From positions 544,001 through 608,000 of the forward strand of contig CAVSCK010000005.1 in assembly GCA_963726455.1 (NCBI GenBank): DNA of 64,000 bases. The letters are read 5' to 3'. This document shows, piece by piece, positions 10,283 to 20,376 of the stretch. The notes under the pieces are model-generated. The model saw only the letters and a program-made list of their open reading frames with translations. It made no database searches and had not been told where the DNA came from. Each line of letters begins with the position of its first letter. Within the stretch, counting starts at the first letter, position 1. This stretch comes from an uncultured bacterium. Its GTDB lineage: Bacteria > Zixibacteria > MSB-5A5 > CAIYYT01. The position numbers were made by a program, and so were the translations under genes.

Positions 10283-10476
10283 TGGCTGAAGCGAATTTCT
10301 GACCTCACAATCATTGTGTTAGCGAAATCCGCTTGCGATCCGTTGAACATGTGATTATATCGCCAAACCATCGGAGTCAGGGGTGGCGGCGTTACGGTTG
10401 GGTGACCCAGTGCGGCACAACGAAACAAGAGTCAACAGATAGATGGGATGAAACTGAAATGCAAAGGAGTCGTGGC

Positions 10477-11520
10477 ATGAAAGCAAAATTCATAGTCGGA
10501 GCGGTAACGGCGCTGTTGCTTCTGGCAGCGGTGGCGCAAGCCGACATCACGATCAAGTCGACTGTGACCAGCAAGGGGATAGTTGGGCTGACCAACATGG
10601 AGGGTAACACGGAACAGATGATTTCCGGCGGCAAGTCCAAGACGTTTTCGACGATGAAGCTGACGAACAAGGTCATGAAGTTCATGGGCGCGGGCAAGCC
10701 GCAGGAAAGCGCCAGCATTATCCGGCTGGATAAAGAGCTGATCTGGGAGTTGAAACCGAAGGACAAAGAGTACACTGAAATGACCTTCGCGCAGATGAAG
10801 GCGGATATGGAAAAGGCGCTGGCGGAATCGCAGAAGGACAAGACGAAATATCAGAAGGAACATCCGAACGATTCGGTGAGCATCCGCACTGAGTTCAAGG
10901 TAGACAAGACCGGCAAGACCCAGACGATCGCGGGTCAGAACACGAGTGAGACGATTCTCACCATGCTGGTTTACGCCAAGAACGCCGAATCGGGCGAACA
11001 GGGCACGATGAAGCTGACGATGGATTTGTGGCTCGCCAAGGACATTCCGGGCGCCGAAGATTTCAAGGCCTTCCATGAGGAAGCGGCGAGCAAACTTGGA
11101 TTCACCGGCCGCGGACAGCAGAGCATGGACGGTATGCTGACGGCGTTTGGTGTCGATCCGCGTGAACTCTACAGGCACACCAAGGATCTCGAGGGCATGC
11201 CGCTGATGTCGGTCGTGTCGCTGGGAGCGATTCCCGACTCGACGCAAACCGCCAAGAAGGGCGAAGTGAAGGAAGAAAAGAAGGACACTGAGGCAGAACA
11301 ATCGGATGAAGGCAGCAAGGGCGGGGTAACGAAGAAGCTCGGTGGTTTGTTTGGCAAGAAGAAAGAATCCAAGAGCGAGGAACCGGCCAAGGATAGCAAA
11401 GAGCAGCAAGCCGGTCCGGTGTATCTGATGCAGTTCACGACGACGGTAACTGAGATTTCGAAAGCAAGCATACCGGCGTCGGAGTTTGATGTGCCGGCAG
11501 ACTACAAGCTGAAGAAGTAG
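10477..11520 (+). CDS. Secreted protein, DUF4412-like
   Basis: AAGGAG RBS, signal peptide, IIRLDKELIWEL, KTGKTQTIAG, IPASEFDVPADYK. Confidence 0.6.
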   Translation: MKAKFIVGAVTALLLLAAVAQADITIKSTVTSKGIVGLTNMEGNTEQMISGGKSKTFSTMKLTNKVMKFMGAGKPQESASIIRLDKELIWELKPKDKEYTEMTFAQMKADMEKALAESQKDKTKYQKEHPNDSVSIRTEFKVDKTGKTQTIAGQNTSETILTMLVYAKNAESGEQGTMKLTMDLWLAKDIPGAEDFKAFHEEAASKLGFTGRGQQSMDGMLTAFGVDPRELYRHTKDLEGMPLMSVVSLGAIPDSTQTAKKGEVKEEKKDTEAEQSDEGSKGGVTKKLGGLFGKKKESKSEEPAKDSKEQQAGPVYLMQFTTTVTEISKASIPASEFDVPADYKLKK

Positions 11521-11552
11521 TCGCGCATAGCTATTTGCAATTTCCCTTCATT

Positions 11553-11600
11553 GAAACCCGACATTGCTCTTGATCATGAGCAGGGCGATGTCGGGTTTCT
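11553..11600. repeat. Palindrome between convergent genes (terminator or REP-like)
   Basis: GAAACCCGACATTGC...GCGATGTCGGGTTTC; same left arm recurs at ~50663. Confidence 0.55.
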
Positions 11601-11731
11601 CTTTGCGCAGCATTGGTTTAGAAAAGGCGGTCGCGGAGAGTGCATCGTCGTTCCCAATAACACTCTTTTCCACCGTACGCTCCTCGCAATGATAAGGATG
11701 GACTTTGTCATTGTGCACAAGCTGTCATCTG

Positions 11732-12634
11732 TTACTGTTTTCGTTTTTCCTGAAACACTCCCGAACAAACTGCTGTGACCGCAGGATGCTTCACCTGTCG
11801 CTCCGCGGTTACGGCATAGAAGCGCTCAGTAATGTCGGGTAATCTCAGCAGCACCCTCACTCCCAGTTGCCTGCAATAAGTTCTCTCGATTGTAGTCGGG
11901 ACGGCGAAGATACCCATTCCCTCCCGCGCAAACTCCCGGAGAAGTCCATTGTCATCAAATTCCGCAACGACAGTGGGTCTGATATCGTTCCTCTCGAACC
12001 ACTCGTCCAATCCGCGACGCTGTGACGTCCGTCCCGTAGCCAGCAGGAACGGTGCGCCATTCAATGCCCGCAAAGGTTTGCGCCGATATTTAGCAACCAG
12101 ATCTTCAGTCGCCAGCAAACTTGTCCGGCACTCAACCAGCAGATGATTCGATACCCGCACTCCCGCGCTGGGAGGTATCGGCGCATCGAGAAGCAGCAGG
12201 TCGAGCGAATGCGCGGCCAAGTCGATCAATAGTCGCTCAGGATTGCCCTCGCGACAAACGAGGCGCACGTCCTCCTGCAATTGCTCGACCGGCCTGAGCA
12301 ATTGTCTCGCCAACTGCTTGGGGACGCCATCTGCAATGCCGACCGTGAATAGTAGCGGTCTGCCGGTGGGACGATCGCGAACCGTGTCCAGCATCTCCTG
12401 TCCGAGGCGAAAGATATCGTCTGCGTATCGGTACACAATCTGCCCCATCTGTGTCAATCTGTGTTTGCGCCCCGAGCGAATCAAAAGTTTCTCCCCGAGT
12501 GCGGATTGCAGCGTTTGAATCTGCGCGCTGACGGTCGCCGGGGCTAGCCGAAGTTTGGCGGCAGCCGCCGTGACGCCTCCCTCATGAACCGTTGCCCAAA
12601 AGTACAGCAGATGGTGGTAGTTGAGCCATTCCAT
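11732..12634 (-). CDS. nhaR: LysR-family regulator, NhaR-like
   Basis: MEWLNYHHLLYFW N-terminus, YADDIFRLGQE, VGIADGVPK, EFDDNGLL. Confidence 0.8.
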   Translation of the reverse strand: MEWLNYHHLLYFWATVHEGGVTAAAAKLRLAPATVSAQIQTLQSALGEKLLIRSGRKHRLTQMGQIVYRYADDIFRLGQEMLDTVRDRPTGRPLLFTVGIADGVPKQLARQLLRPVEQLQEDVRLVCREGNPERLLIDLAAHSLDLLLLDAPIPPSAGVRVSNHLLVECRTSLLATEDLVAKYRRKPLRALNGAPFLLATGRTSQRRGLDEWFERNDIRPTVVAEFDDNGLLREFAREGMGIFAVPTTIERTYCRQLGVRVLLRLPDITERFYAVTAERQVKHPAVTAVCSGVFQEKRKQ

Positions 12635-12647
12635 GAGTTGAACATAC

Positions 12648-12662
12648 TTCGATAAAATCGAA
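12648..12662. promoter_or_regulatory. LysR-type operator (T-N11-A dyad)
   Basis: TTCGAT-AAA-ATCGAA directly upstream of nhaR in the divergent intergenic region. Confidence 0.55.
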
Positions 12663-12719
12663 TTGTCACGCTTAAACTTCCTTATTGTTGAACTGTCGGC
12701 TTCCCCTTATATCGTCGCC

Positions 12720-12774
12720 GGTCGTTCAGAGGTGCTGACTGACTTCGGCAGATATCGCAGCAGGCCGGACGACC
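12720..12774 (+). ncRNA. Candidate structured cis-regulatory leader (terC-motif-like)
   Basis: Closing stem GGTCGTTC/GGACGACC enclosing AGAGGTG...CTTCGG...ATCGC; lies just before the RBS; family match is from memory only. Confidence 0.4.
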
Positions 12775-12803
12775 GCTGAGAACAAGCTTGAAGGAGCCCA
12801 GGT

Positions 12804-13085
12804 ATGTTGTGTCCCAGATGTGAAACACCGACAATGGACGAACGTGACCGCGACGGCATAACCGTTGACGTCTGCAAAACCTGCCGTGGAATCTGGCTGG
12901 ATCGCGGCGAACTCGAACGTTTGCTGGCGAAAGCCGACCGCGAGTGGGATCAACGTGACGAACGGGAAGGCGGCGGAAGACAAGAACACGATCATGAATA
13001 CGACGACCGACACGACCGTGGCGCCCAGGGCAAAGGTCACGGCCGCAAAAGGCGTTGGGGCAGTCTTTTTGAAATGTTCGACTGA
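12804..13085 (+). CDS. zf-TFIIB-like zinc-ribbon protein
   Basis: CPRC...VDVCKTCRGIWLDRGELERL...LFEMFD. Confidence 0.85.
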   Translation: MLCPRCETPTMDERDRDGITVDVCKTCRGIWLDRGELERLLAKADREWDQRDEREGGGRQEHDHEYDDRHDRGAQGKGHGRKRRWGSLFEMFD

Positions 13086-13101
13086 TTGACGGGATGGTAT
13101 T

Positions 13102-15657
13102 CTGACTCAGGTTATCGAACAAACACAATTGCACGGCCTCACCGGCGAGGAAGCGCAGCGACGGCTCGCCGCTGACGGTCCCAATTCGCTTCCAACCACG
13201 AAACCGCGCAGCATCTTTCGCATAGCGCTCGAAGTCGTTCGCGAACCGATGTTTCTGCTGCTGCTCGCTTGCGGCACACTCTATCTGATTTCCGGCGACA
13301 AAGAAGAGGCGCTCATGCTCCTTGGATTTGTAATCGTGGTCATGGGCATCACGTTCTATCAGGAACGCAAGACCGAACGCGCACTGGAAGCGCTCCGCGA
13401 TTTGTCCAGCCCGCGCGCGCTGGTCATCCGCGACGGCAACAAACTGCGAATTGCCGGCAGCGAAGTCGTCCGGGGTGACATTCTCTTGCTAGCAGAAGGC
13501 GATCGCATTCCGGCGGATGCTTACTTGTTGGACTGTCTCAATCTTTCCGTTGACGAGTCTTTGCTGACCGGCGAATCAGTCCCCGTTCGAAAAAAAGCAG
13601 GCGCCACTCCGGTTGCGATGGAACGACCAGGCGGCGAAGATTCGCCGTTCGTGTACTCCGGCACTCTGGTAGTCAAAGGCCAGGGGATTGCCGAGACCAT
13701 GGGCACTGGCATCAATACCGAAATCGGCAAGATCGGCAAGGCGCTGCAAACCGTGGAGACCGAAGACACTCCATTGCAGCGGGAAACAGGCCGGCTCGTT
13801 CGCAATTTCGCGTTTGTAGGTGCGCTACTCTGTAGTATTGTCGTGGTCGTCTACGGAGCTACTCGCGGCGACTGGAGCAACGGTTTCCTCGCGGGCTTGT
13901 CATTGGCGATGGCAATGTTGCCGGAGGAATTTCCGGTTGTGCTCACTATTTTTCTGGCACTTGGCGCCTGGAGGATTTCGCGTGCCCGCGTTTTGACACG
14001 GCGCATTCCGGCCGTCGAAACTCTCGGTTCCGCCACGGTGTTGTGCGTCGACAAGACCGGCACTCTGACCATGAATCGCATGTCGATACGCGAACTATAC
14101 ATTCTCGGTCAATTCGAGGAAGTGCCTTCAACTCCGCACTCGCTGCCGGACCAATTTCACGAGGTTGTCGAATTCAGCATGTTGGCCAGCCCCGCCGATC
14201 CGTTCGATCCGATGGAAAAGGCCATCAATGAAATGGGCAAAGTGGCGCTGGCGCATACCGAACACGTGCACAAAGACTGGCAGTTGCTGCGCGAATACCC
14301 GCTGTCCAGCGAAATACTTGCCGTGACGCGAGTCTGGCGGTCACCGAACCAAAGAGATTATCTGGTTGCAACCAAGGGCGCTCCCGAAGCGATTGCCGAT
14401 CTGTGCCACTTTACGGAAAAACAGAATGCGGAATTGGGACTGGCAATTGACCAGATGAGCGGCCGGGGTTTGCGCGTGATCGGCGTGGCGCGCGCGCTTT
14501 TCCATGCCGAGTTGCTGCCGCCGGTGCAACACGACTTCGTGTTCGAGTTCCTCGGTCTGCTTGGCCTGGCCGATCCAGTGCGGCCGAAAGTCAAGGAAGC
14601 TCTGGGCGAATGTTATCGCGCCGGTATTCGCACGATCATGATCACCGGAGATTATCCCGGCACTGCGCAAAATATCGCCCGGCAGATTGGTTTGAAAAAT
14701 CCCGACCACACGATCACCGGCCCCGAGCTTGAAAGACTGACCGACGACGAGCTTTCCGAGCGAATCAAGACGGTCAACCTGTTCAGCCGGATGGTGCCGG
14801 AACAGAAGCTGCGGCTGGTGAAAGTCCTCAAAGATATGGGAGAGGTCGTCGCCATGACCGGCGACGGAGTCAACGATGCGCCGGCGCTGAAATCCGCCCA
14901 CATCGGAATTGCGATGGGCGGGCGCGGCACCGATGTCGCCCGCGAATCGGCGTCACTGGTATTGCTCGATGATGATTTCGATTCGATCGTGCAGGCCGTC
15001 CGCATGGGGCGCCGAATTTTCGACAATCTCAAGAAGGCGATGATGTTCATTTTTTCCGTGCACGTCCCAATTGCCGGCCTGTCGCTGATCCCTGTCATTT
15101 TTGAGTGGCCGCTGGCCCTGTTTCCGGTGCACATCGTCTTTCTCGAATTGATCATCGACCCGGCCTGCTCAATCGTCTTTGAAGCGGAAGCCGCCGAGAA
15201 AAACATCATGAATCGTCCCCCGCGAATACTGGGCGAACCGCTGTTTGGCAAGAAGGCCGTGATACTAAGTCTGACACAGGGACTGATCATTCTCGCAGCC
15301 GTAATTGGCGTTTACCGTTGGTCGCTGATCAATCATCCGGAGCCGATGGCTCGGGCGATCGCCTTTACCACTTTGGTGATCGCGAATCTGGGCTTGATCC
15401 TTACCAACCGCTCACAGACGCGCTTTATTCCCGCGACGCTGAAGGTAAAGAGTCCGACTTCCTGGTGGATAATTGGCGGGACGCTTTTCTTCCTGGGATT
15501 AGTCCTGACCGTTCCGGTTCTGCAACGATTGCTGCGCTTCGAGCCCCTGCAGACAATGGATTACGCACGCTGCCTGGGAGTGTCATTTCTGAGCATTCTC
15601 CTGCTCGAATCGTTGAAGTTCCGGTTCGTCAAATCCTGGTTGGGGCTGAGGGTATAA
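13102..15657 (+). CDS. Cation-transporting P-type ATPase (P2 class)
   Basis: LTGES, PEEFP, DKTGTLT, KGAPE, TGD, MTGDGVNDAPAL; start uncertain (CTG 13102 or TTG 13129). Confidence 0.92.
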   Translation: MTQVIEQTQLHGLTGEEAQRRLAADGPNSLPTTKPRSIFRIALEVVREPMFLLLLACGTLYLISGDKEEALMLLGFVIVVMGITFYQERKTERALEALRDLSSPRALVIRDGNKLRIAGSEVVRGDILLLAEGDRIPADAYLLDCLNLSVDESLLTGESVPVRKKAGATPVAMERPGGEDSPFVYSGTLVVKGQGIAETMGTGINTEIGKIGKALQTVETEDTPLQRETGRLVRNFAFVGALLCSIVVVVYGATRGDWSNGFLAGLSLAMAMLPEEFPVVLTIFLALGAWRISRARVLTRRIPAVETLGSATVLCVDKTGTLTMNRMSIRELYILGQFEEVPSTPHSLPDQFHEVVEFSMLASPADPFDPMEKAINEMGKVALAHTEHVHKDWQLLREYPLSSEILAVTRVWRSPNQRDYLVATKGAPEAIADLCHFTEKQNAELGLAIDQMSGRGLRVIGVARALFHAELLPPVQHDFVFEFLGLLGLADPVRPKVKEALGECYRAGIRTIMITGDYPGTAQNIARQIGLKNPDHTITGPELERLTDDELSERIKTVNLFSRMVPEQKLRLVKVLKDMGEVVAMTGDGVNDAPALKSAHIGIAMGGRGTDVARESASLVLLDDDFDSIVQAVRMGRRIFDNLKKAMMFIFSVHVPIAGLSLIPVIFEWPLALFPVHIVFLELIIDPACSIVFEAEAAEKNIMNRPPRILGEPLFGKKAVILSLTQGLIILAAVIGVYRWSLINHPEPMARAIAFTTLVIANLGLILTNRSQTRFIPATLKVKSPTSWWIIGGTLFFLGLVLTVPVLQRLLRFEPLQTMDYARCLGVSFLSILLLESLKFRFVKSWLGLRV

Positions 15658-15745
15658 AGCCATAATCTTCCGCTGCTAGCGAGCGGTTCTGTCGCGTACT
15701 GCCTGCGGCCTTGTATTCCGGCTCGCTTTCTCGTACTTTACGCTC

Positions 15746-16408
15746 ATGTCGCTCTTGTTCATCTTTACTAACGCCTTCGTAGTCGGGCTGTCGGGCGCGG
15801 TTATGCCGGGACCGCTGTTGACGGTCAATATTTCGTCCGCGCTTAAGAAGGGTTTCTGGGCGGGACCGATTGTCGTGCTCGGGCATGCGATCTCTGAACT
15901 GGCAGTGCTCTTCGGAATCTATCTGGGGCTGACCAAACTGGTCAAGGATCCCCGGGTGTTCTGGTGGATTGCCGTCGTCGGAGGCGTGGCGCTGATATTG
16001 ATGGGAATCCTGATGCTGGTCGACGTCATCCGCAAGAAAGCCCGTCTGGAGTTCGTCAGCAAGAGCAGCCAGACCAACCGCGCCACGATCGTGATGGCGG
16101 GACTGGTTTCGGTGTCGTCCCCTTACTGGATTCTCTGGTGGCTCACGGTCGGCGCGCTGTTGATTTCCCAATCGCTGCAGTTCGGGATTATCGGGCTGTT
16201 CGTCTTCTACATCGGCCACATTCTCTCCGATCTGGCCTGGTATTCGACCGTCAGTTTTCTGATTAGTTCGGGCCGCCGCTTCTTCAATAACTTCGTCTAC
16301 CAAACTTTGATTACTGTCTGCGGAGTCTTCTTGATACTGCTGGGTATTTACTTTATCCAATCGGCGCAGACCGGCGCGTTTCTCGAACATCTGCAAAAGA
16401 TTGTTTGA
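15746..16408 (+). CDS. LysE-family translocator
   Basis: GLSGAVMPGPLL, GHAISE, SPYWILWW, GHILSDLAWY. Confidence 0.85.
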   Translation: MSLLFIFTNAFVVGLSGAVMPGPLLTVNISSALKKGFWAGPIVVLGHAISELAVLFGIYLGLTKLVKDPRVFWWIAVVGGVALILMGILMLVDVIRKKARLEFVSKSSQTNRATIVMAGLVSVSSPYWILWWLTVGALLISQSLQFGIIGLFVFYIGHILSDLAWYSTVSFLISSGRRFFNNFVYQTLITVCGVFLILLGIYFIQSAQTGAFLEHLQKIV

Positions 16409-16502
16409 TCGGATTACACCAATTCGGCTTGCTTCACGTCATATCTGCGTGTAGATTGGCTGACAGATTCCATGTTTACCAGTTGGAAGTGAGTAAGAGG
16501 CG

Positions 16503-16934
16503 ATGATTACAAGAATAACGGCAATAGCATTATTGATGCTCGTGATTTTGGTCGGCTGCAGCCGCAAACCGGATAATAACCTGCCCGAGCGTATCGGTGA
16601 CTTGAGAGTCCGCGTGCTCGTGGTCGAGGATCAGGCCGGACTCCCCGGCGTATTTCCGGTCACTGTTGCCGTTTACGATACGTCGCATACCCGCCTAATC
16701 CGTTCCCAGACTATCTCCACCGATACCGGTACCGTGCAAATGGTCGAGTTCAAGGACATGGCGTCGGCCTTCTTCAACGTCCGCTTCACGGTCAACGTCG
16801 ATTCCCTCGGCACTCCCTCCTGTGCGGAGGATATGTCTGTGTTCGTCCGGCTGAATGAAGTGACGACAACACCGGTGCGGCAGATGATGATTCATTATGG
16901 CCGCGCCGACTGCACCGAACTGAACATGCCGTAA
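16503..16934 (+). CDS. Hypothetical lipoprotein
   Basis: LVGC lipobox, GAGG RBS. Confidence 0.65.
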   Translation: MITRITAIALLMLVILVGCSRKPDNNLPERIGDLRVRVLVVEDQAGLPGVFPVTVAVYDTSHTRLIRSQTISTDTGTVQMVEFKDMASAFFNVRFTVNVDSLGTPSCAEDMSVFVRLNEVTTTPVRQMMIHYGRADCTELNMP

Positions 16935-17164
16935 CCGGCCGCGGGCGATAGTCGATCAATTCCGCCCTCTTTTTCCGCCAAACAATTTCTTGCCTATGCT
17001 TGTATGTTTGTTATTCTGGCTGTCGCGCTGCAGGCAACCGGGAACGTCCGGCCGCCATGCTTGTATAATTTGGGAAGCCGTTTGTAGAGCACTGACTCCA
17101 GGACTGTACGAAAGGGACGATCGCGTAGTCGTAGCTGTGAGCCGACGACATCCGTGAACTGACG

Positions 17165-17671
17165 ATGCGAACGATAGTACGAATCTTCATCATCTGCTGC
17201 GCCGCCGCCGTTTTGGCCGTCGCCAACAATTTCGTTAATCCCAATAAAGTTCCCTGGGTGGGCAATTGGCCGACTTTCTCCGATGGCGAAGACACCGTCT
17301 GGACGTTGCCATCCTACGATAAGGGCGACCCGCCGACCCTGCGTCCGCAGGATGCCTTCGACCGGTTTGTCAGCAAGAACTACATTTTCGTGGATGCCCG
17401 CGAGCCGGAAGAATATCAGATCGGCCACATCAAGGACGCGATCAACCTTCCCTTTGAGACTTTCGACGATCACTGGCCGGCAGTCGAACCGCTGCTGCCC
17501 AAGGATGCGAAGATTGTCACCTACTGTTCCGGCAGCGAGTGCGATGCCAGTTTGCTTTTGGCGCGGCTGCTGACCCAGAAGTACGGCTACAAGAACGTCG
17601 AGATCTTTTTCGGCGGCTGGCAGATCTGGGACAAACGCAAACTTCCTATCGACGGCAAGTACGATGAATAA
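17165..17671 (+). CDS. Rhodanese-like domain protein (exported)
   Basis: FVDAREPEEYQIGHIKDAINLP, TYCSGSEC, FFGGW. Confidence 0.85.
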   Translation: MRTIVRIFIICCAAAVLAVANNFVNPNKVPWVGNWPTFSDGEDTVWTLPSYDKGDPPTLRPQDAFDRFVSKNYIFVDAREPEEYQIGHIKDAINLPFETFDDHWPAVEPLLPKDAKIVTYCSGSECDASLLLARLLTQKYGYKNVEIFFGGWQIWDKRKLPIDGKYDE

Positions 17672-18122
17672 GTTGCTCACCAATCAATATTTCGTTTTCC
17701 TGATTCGGCTGGCGCTCGGCATCGTTTTTATTTATGCGGCGGTCTCCAAGATCGAACACCCTGACCAGTTTGCCCGCATCATTTACAATTATCACATCCT
17801 GCCGGGCGGCGTTATCAACCTGTTCGCGCTCTTCCTGCCCTGGGCGGAAATACTGTGCGGCTTTATGCTCATCGTTGGTTTCTGGCATAAGAGCGCTTCC
17901 GTTGTGTTGGGTGGAATGACGGTCGTATTCATCATCGCCCTAACGGTGGCGCTGCTGCGCGGTGTCAATATCGAGTGCGGCTGTTTTTCAACGACGTCCC
18001 GCGCCAAAGGCCCGGTGATTGACTTGATCGTGCGCGATTCCATCATGCTGGTCGGTTTTGCGCTGATACTGGCTGCCCGTAAAGCGTTTCTTGCCTTCGA
18101 CGGCCGAAGCGCCCGCAACTGA
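17664..18122 (+). CDS. MauE/DoxX-family membrane protein
   Basis: RLALGIVFIYAAVSK, LPWAEILCG, NIECGCF; overlaps the rhodanese gene. Confidence 0.85.
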   Translation: MNKLLTNQYFVFLIRLALGIVFIYAAVSKIEHPDQFARIIYNYHILPGGVINLFALFLPWAEILCGFMLIVGFWHKSASVVLGGMTVVFIIALTVALLRGVNIECGCFSTTSRAKGPVIDLIVRDSIMLVGFALILAARKAFLAFDGRSARN

Positions 18123-18218
18123 TTCACTATATTACCCACTTCAAAATTCATTCCCCGCTTGCGTATCGTCTTCTAGTAGTCCAGATTTGTCGTGATTGAA
18201 TCAAACGGAGGAATCTCT

Positions 18219-18785
18219 ATGTCCGGGAAGTTTAAGGCCTCGATTGTTTTCTTGATATTGTGTACAGCACTTTTGGTCGTGTCTCTGGCGGCATTGCCAC
18301 CGGGGCAGACTTCCGAATCGGCTGCCTCAACAAACACGGCAAACCTTACCACTCCCGATTCGGCAACGCTGGTACAGGATTCAGTGTATGCGGAGATCAA
18401 CAACGGTTTCGTGACGCTGCGGCCCATTTTCGTCAAGGGCTGTTTTGACTGCCACACGCATCAGACACGGTTTCCCTGGTATTATAAATTGCCGATCATC
18501 AAGGGCATGATCGATTCCGATATTCGCAATGCCCACAAGAAGCTCGACATGGAACCGGGATTTCCTTTCAGCAAACGAGGGGACGTCGCCGATGATCTCG
18601 TCAACATCCATGACGAATTGCAGAGCAGTGACATGCCGCCACTTTCCTATCGTTTTATGCACTGGGATGCCAAGCCGTCGAAGGCGGAGCGCGATTCGGT
18701 CTTCAACTGGATCAATCGCAGCTTGAAATCGCTGTCCGATATCGGAATCGAGCCGACAGCACCGCCGGAGGGTGGAGACAACTAG
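18219..18785 (+). CDS. Haem-binding domain c-type cytochrome
   Basis: CFDCH followed by FPWYY, distal MPPLSY..MHW; signal peptide. Confidence 0.8.
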   Translation: MSGKFKASIVFLILCTALLVVSLAALPPGQTSESAASTNTANLTTPDSATLVQDSVYAEINNGFVTLRPIFVKGCFDCHTHQTRFPWYYKLPIIKGMIDSDIRNAHKKLDMEPGFPFSKRGDVADDLVNIHDELQSSDMPPLSYRFMHWDAKPSKAERDSVFNWINRSLKSLSDIGIEPTAPPEGGDN

Positions 18786-18818
18786 ACGGCAATCGTGGTG
18801 TTGCTACGTGCACCGGTG

Positions 18819-19361
18819 TCAACGCGCCCGGTACGCTTTGATGAAGTAGATTATTATCGTCGCGAAGATAAGACCCAATATCACCGGCAGAAACCAGATC
18901 GTCAGATTAGCTGCGTTGCCGCGCGCTACCTGAATAGTCTGCCAAGTTAGAAACGCGAACATGCAGACTACTTCTGCCTTGAGGACGGTCAATAGCTGCC
19001 GCGCATACAGATATTGCTTCTCCCGATTCTGATCTGTAAGGGCAAACGGATAATTGTAGATGTGCGGCCATCGTTGAAACAACGTGAGCAGCGCGTAAAG
19101 GAATACCGCCGTCCCGATCATCGGCAGAAGCGAATACTTGCTGCCCCACCGGTCTACTTTGCCGCCAAAATCGTAATGCATCGGCACTTTGTCCGGTAGC
19201 GTTGCCCAGGTTGCCACCAGGTAGATAACAGCAAAGATCAGGGCAGCTGCGGCGATGACTTCGACGTTGATCTCCAATCTCGTTCTCGCGATTGTCAATT
19301 TCGGCCGGAGACGCTTGGCTTCGAGACTATTCTTGGACTCAAAAAACTTCGGAAATGGCAT
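18819..19361 (-). CDS. DUF1648 membrane protein
   Basis: LPDKVPMHYDFGGKVDRWGSK, PHIYNYP. Confidence 0.8.
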   Translation of the reverse strand: MPFPKFFESKNSLEAKRLRPKLTIARTRLEINVEVIAAAALIFAVIYLVATWATLPDKVPMHYDFGGKVDRWGSKYSLLPMIGTAVFLYALLTLFQRWPHIYNYPFALTDQNREKQYLYARQLLTVLKAEVVCMFAFLTWQTIQVARGNAANLTIWFLPVILGLIFATIIIYFIKAYRAR

Positions 19362-19375
19362 TATCAACTTTCGTC

Positions 19376-20083
19376 TTACAAACCCAGGAATTGAATGGCT
19401 ACGCCGCAAATCGCGATCGTGGCGCCGGCGAGCGCATGAGTGTACCGCTCCAGCCTGGCCATCGGCAGCATCTTGATTCCGAACGACATGGCGACTACGA
19501 CGGAGACCATCGTCGTTATTGTAACGATTCCGAAAACCGAAGTTACCCAGACCAGTCCGGAGATACTGTGCCGCGCAGCCGGGTACATCAGAATCGGAAT
19601 CAGCGGCTCACAGGGACCAAGAACGAACACGGTGAACAAAATCCAGGGCGTGATGTTTGGCTTCTCGGCAGGTTCATGAGAATGCGCGGTGCCGTCGGCA
19701 TGAATGTGGTGCTCGCCGTTCTTCATTCCGGGCAGATGCAAATGGCTGTGCGGGCGGTTCTTCATCGCGCGGCGCAAACCCCAGACAAAATATGCCAGCC
19801 CGAACGCAATCAGCGCCCAGCCGGCGATGTTGCCGCGAAACGATTCCAGCGCCTCCAGTTTTCCGACAGCGATGCCAAACGCCACGCCGAGAAGACCAAG
19901 GACCACCGAACTCAGGATATGACCGACGCCGCAGATTGCCGTGATCCACACGGATTTGGTCAGCGACCAGTTGCGCGCCTTGGCCATAGCTACAAACGGC
20001 ACATAATGATCCGGTCCGATTAGGGTGTGCACGAAGCCGATCGAGGCGGCGGTCAGCGATAGTATTGCTAATTCAGGTGCTAT
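19376..20083 (-). CDS. Nickel/cobalt transporter-like (NicO/UreH-related) membrane protein
   Basis: HTLIGPDHY, GVGHILSS, His-rich loop, GPCEPLIP; frame extends to ATA at 20083 behind AGAGG. Confidence 0.7.
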   Translation of the reverse strand: MAPELAILSLTAASIGFVHTLIGPDHYVPFVAMAKARNWSLTKSVWITAICGVGHILSSVVLGLLGVAFGIAVGKLEALESFRGNIAGWALIAFGLAYFVWGLRRAMKNRPHSHLHLPGMKNGEHHIHADGTAHSHEPAEKPNITPWILFTVFVLGPCEPLIPILMYPAARHSISGLVWVTSVFGIVTITTMVSVVVAMSFGIKMLPMARLERYTHALAGATIAICGVAIQFLGL

Positions 20084-20376
20084 ACCTAAACCTCTGCATG
20101 ACAGGTAAAGTCGAACCAGAATATACGCATCTGACGCTCAACACCATAAAGATTTGAATTGTCAGGCGCCCGTCGGCCGTCCGCACGCTGAATTTGTCTC
20201 CGTTGTTCGCCCCGTTTTGCCACATTTGCGCGATTTAGGAACCTTATGCAATTCGTACGGTTAGTGATTTATCGGTTTAGGTGTCCGGCCTTACAGGTTG
20301 GCTGCAGGCCGGGTTTGGGGTGGTGGCGATTCGAGAATCCGGGGGCGCGCAAATGAAAACATAAGGAGTGTCAGAC

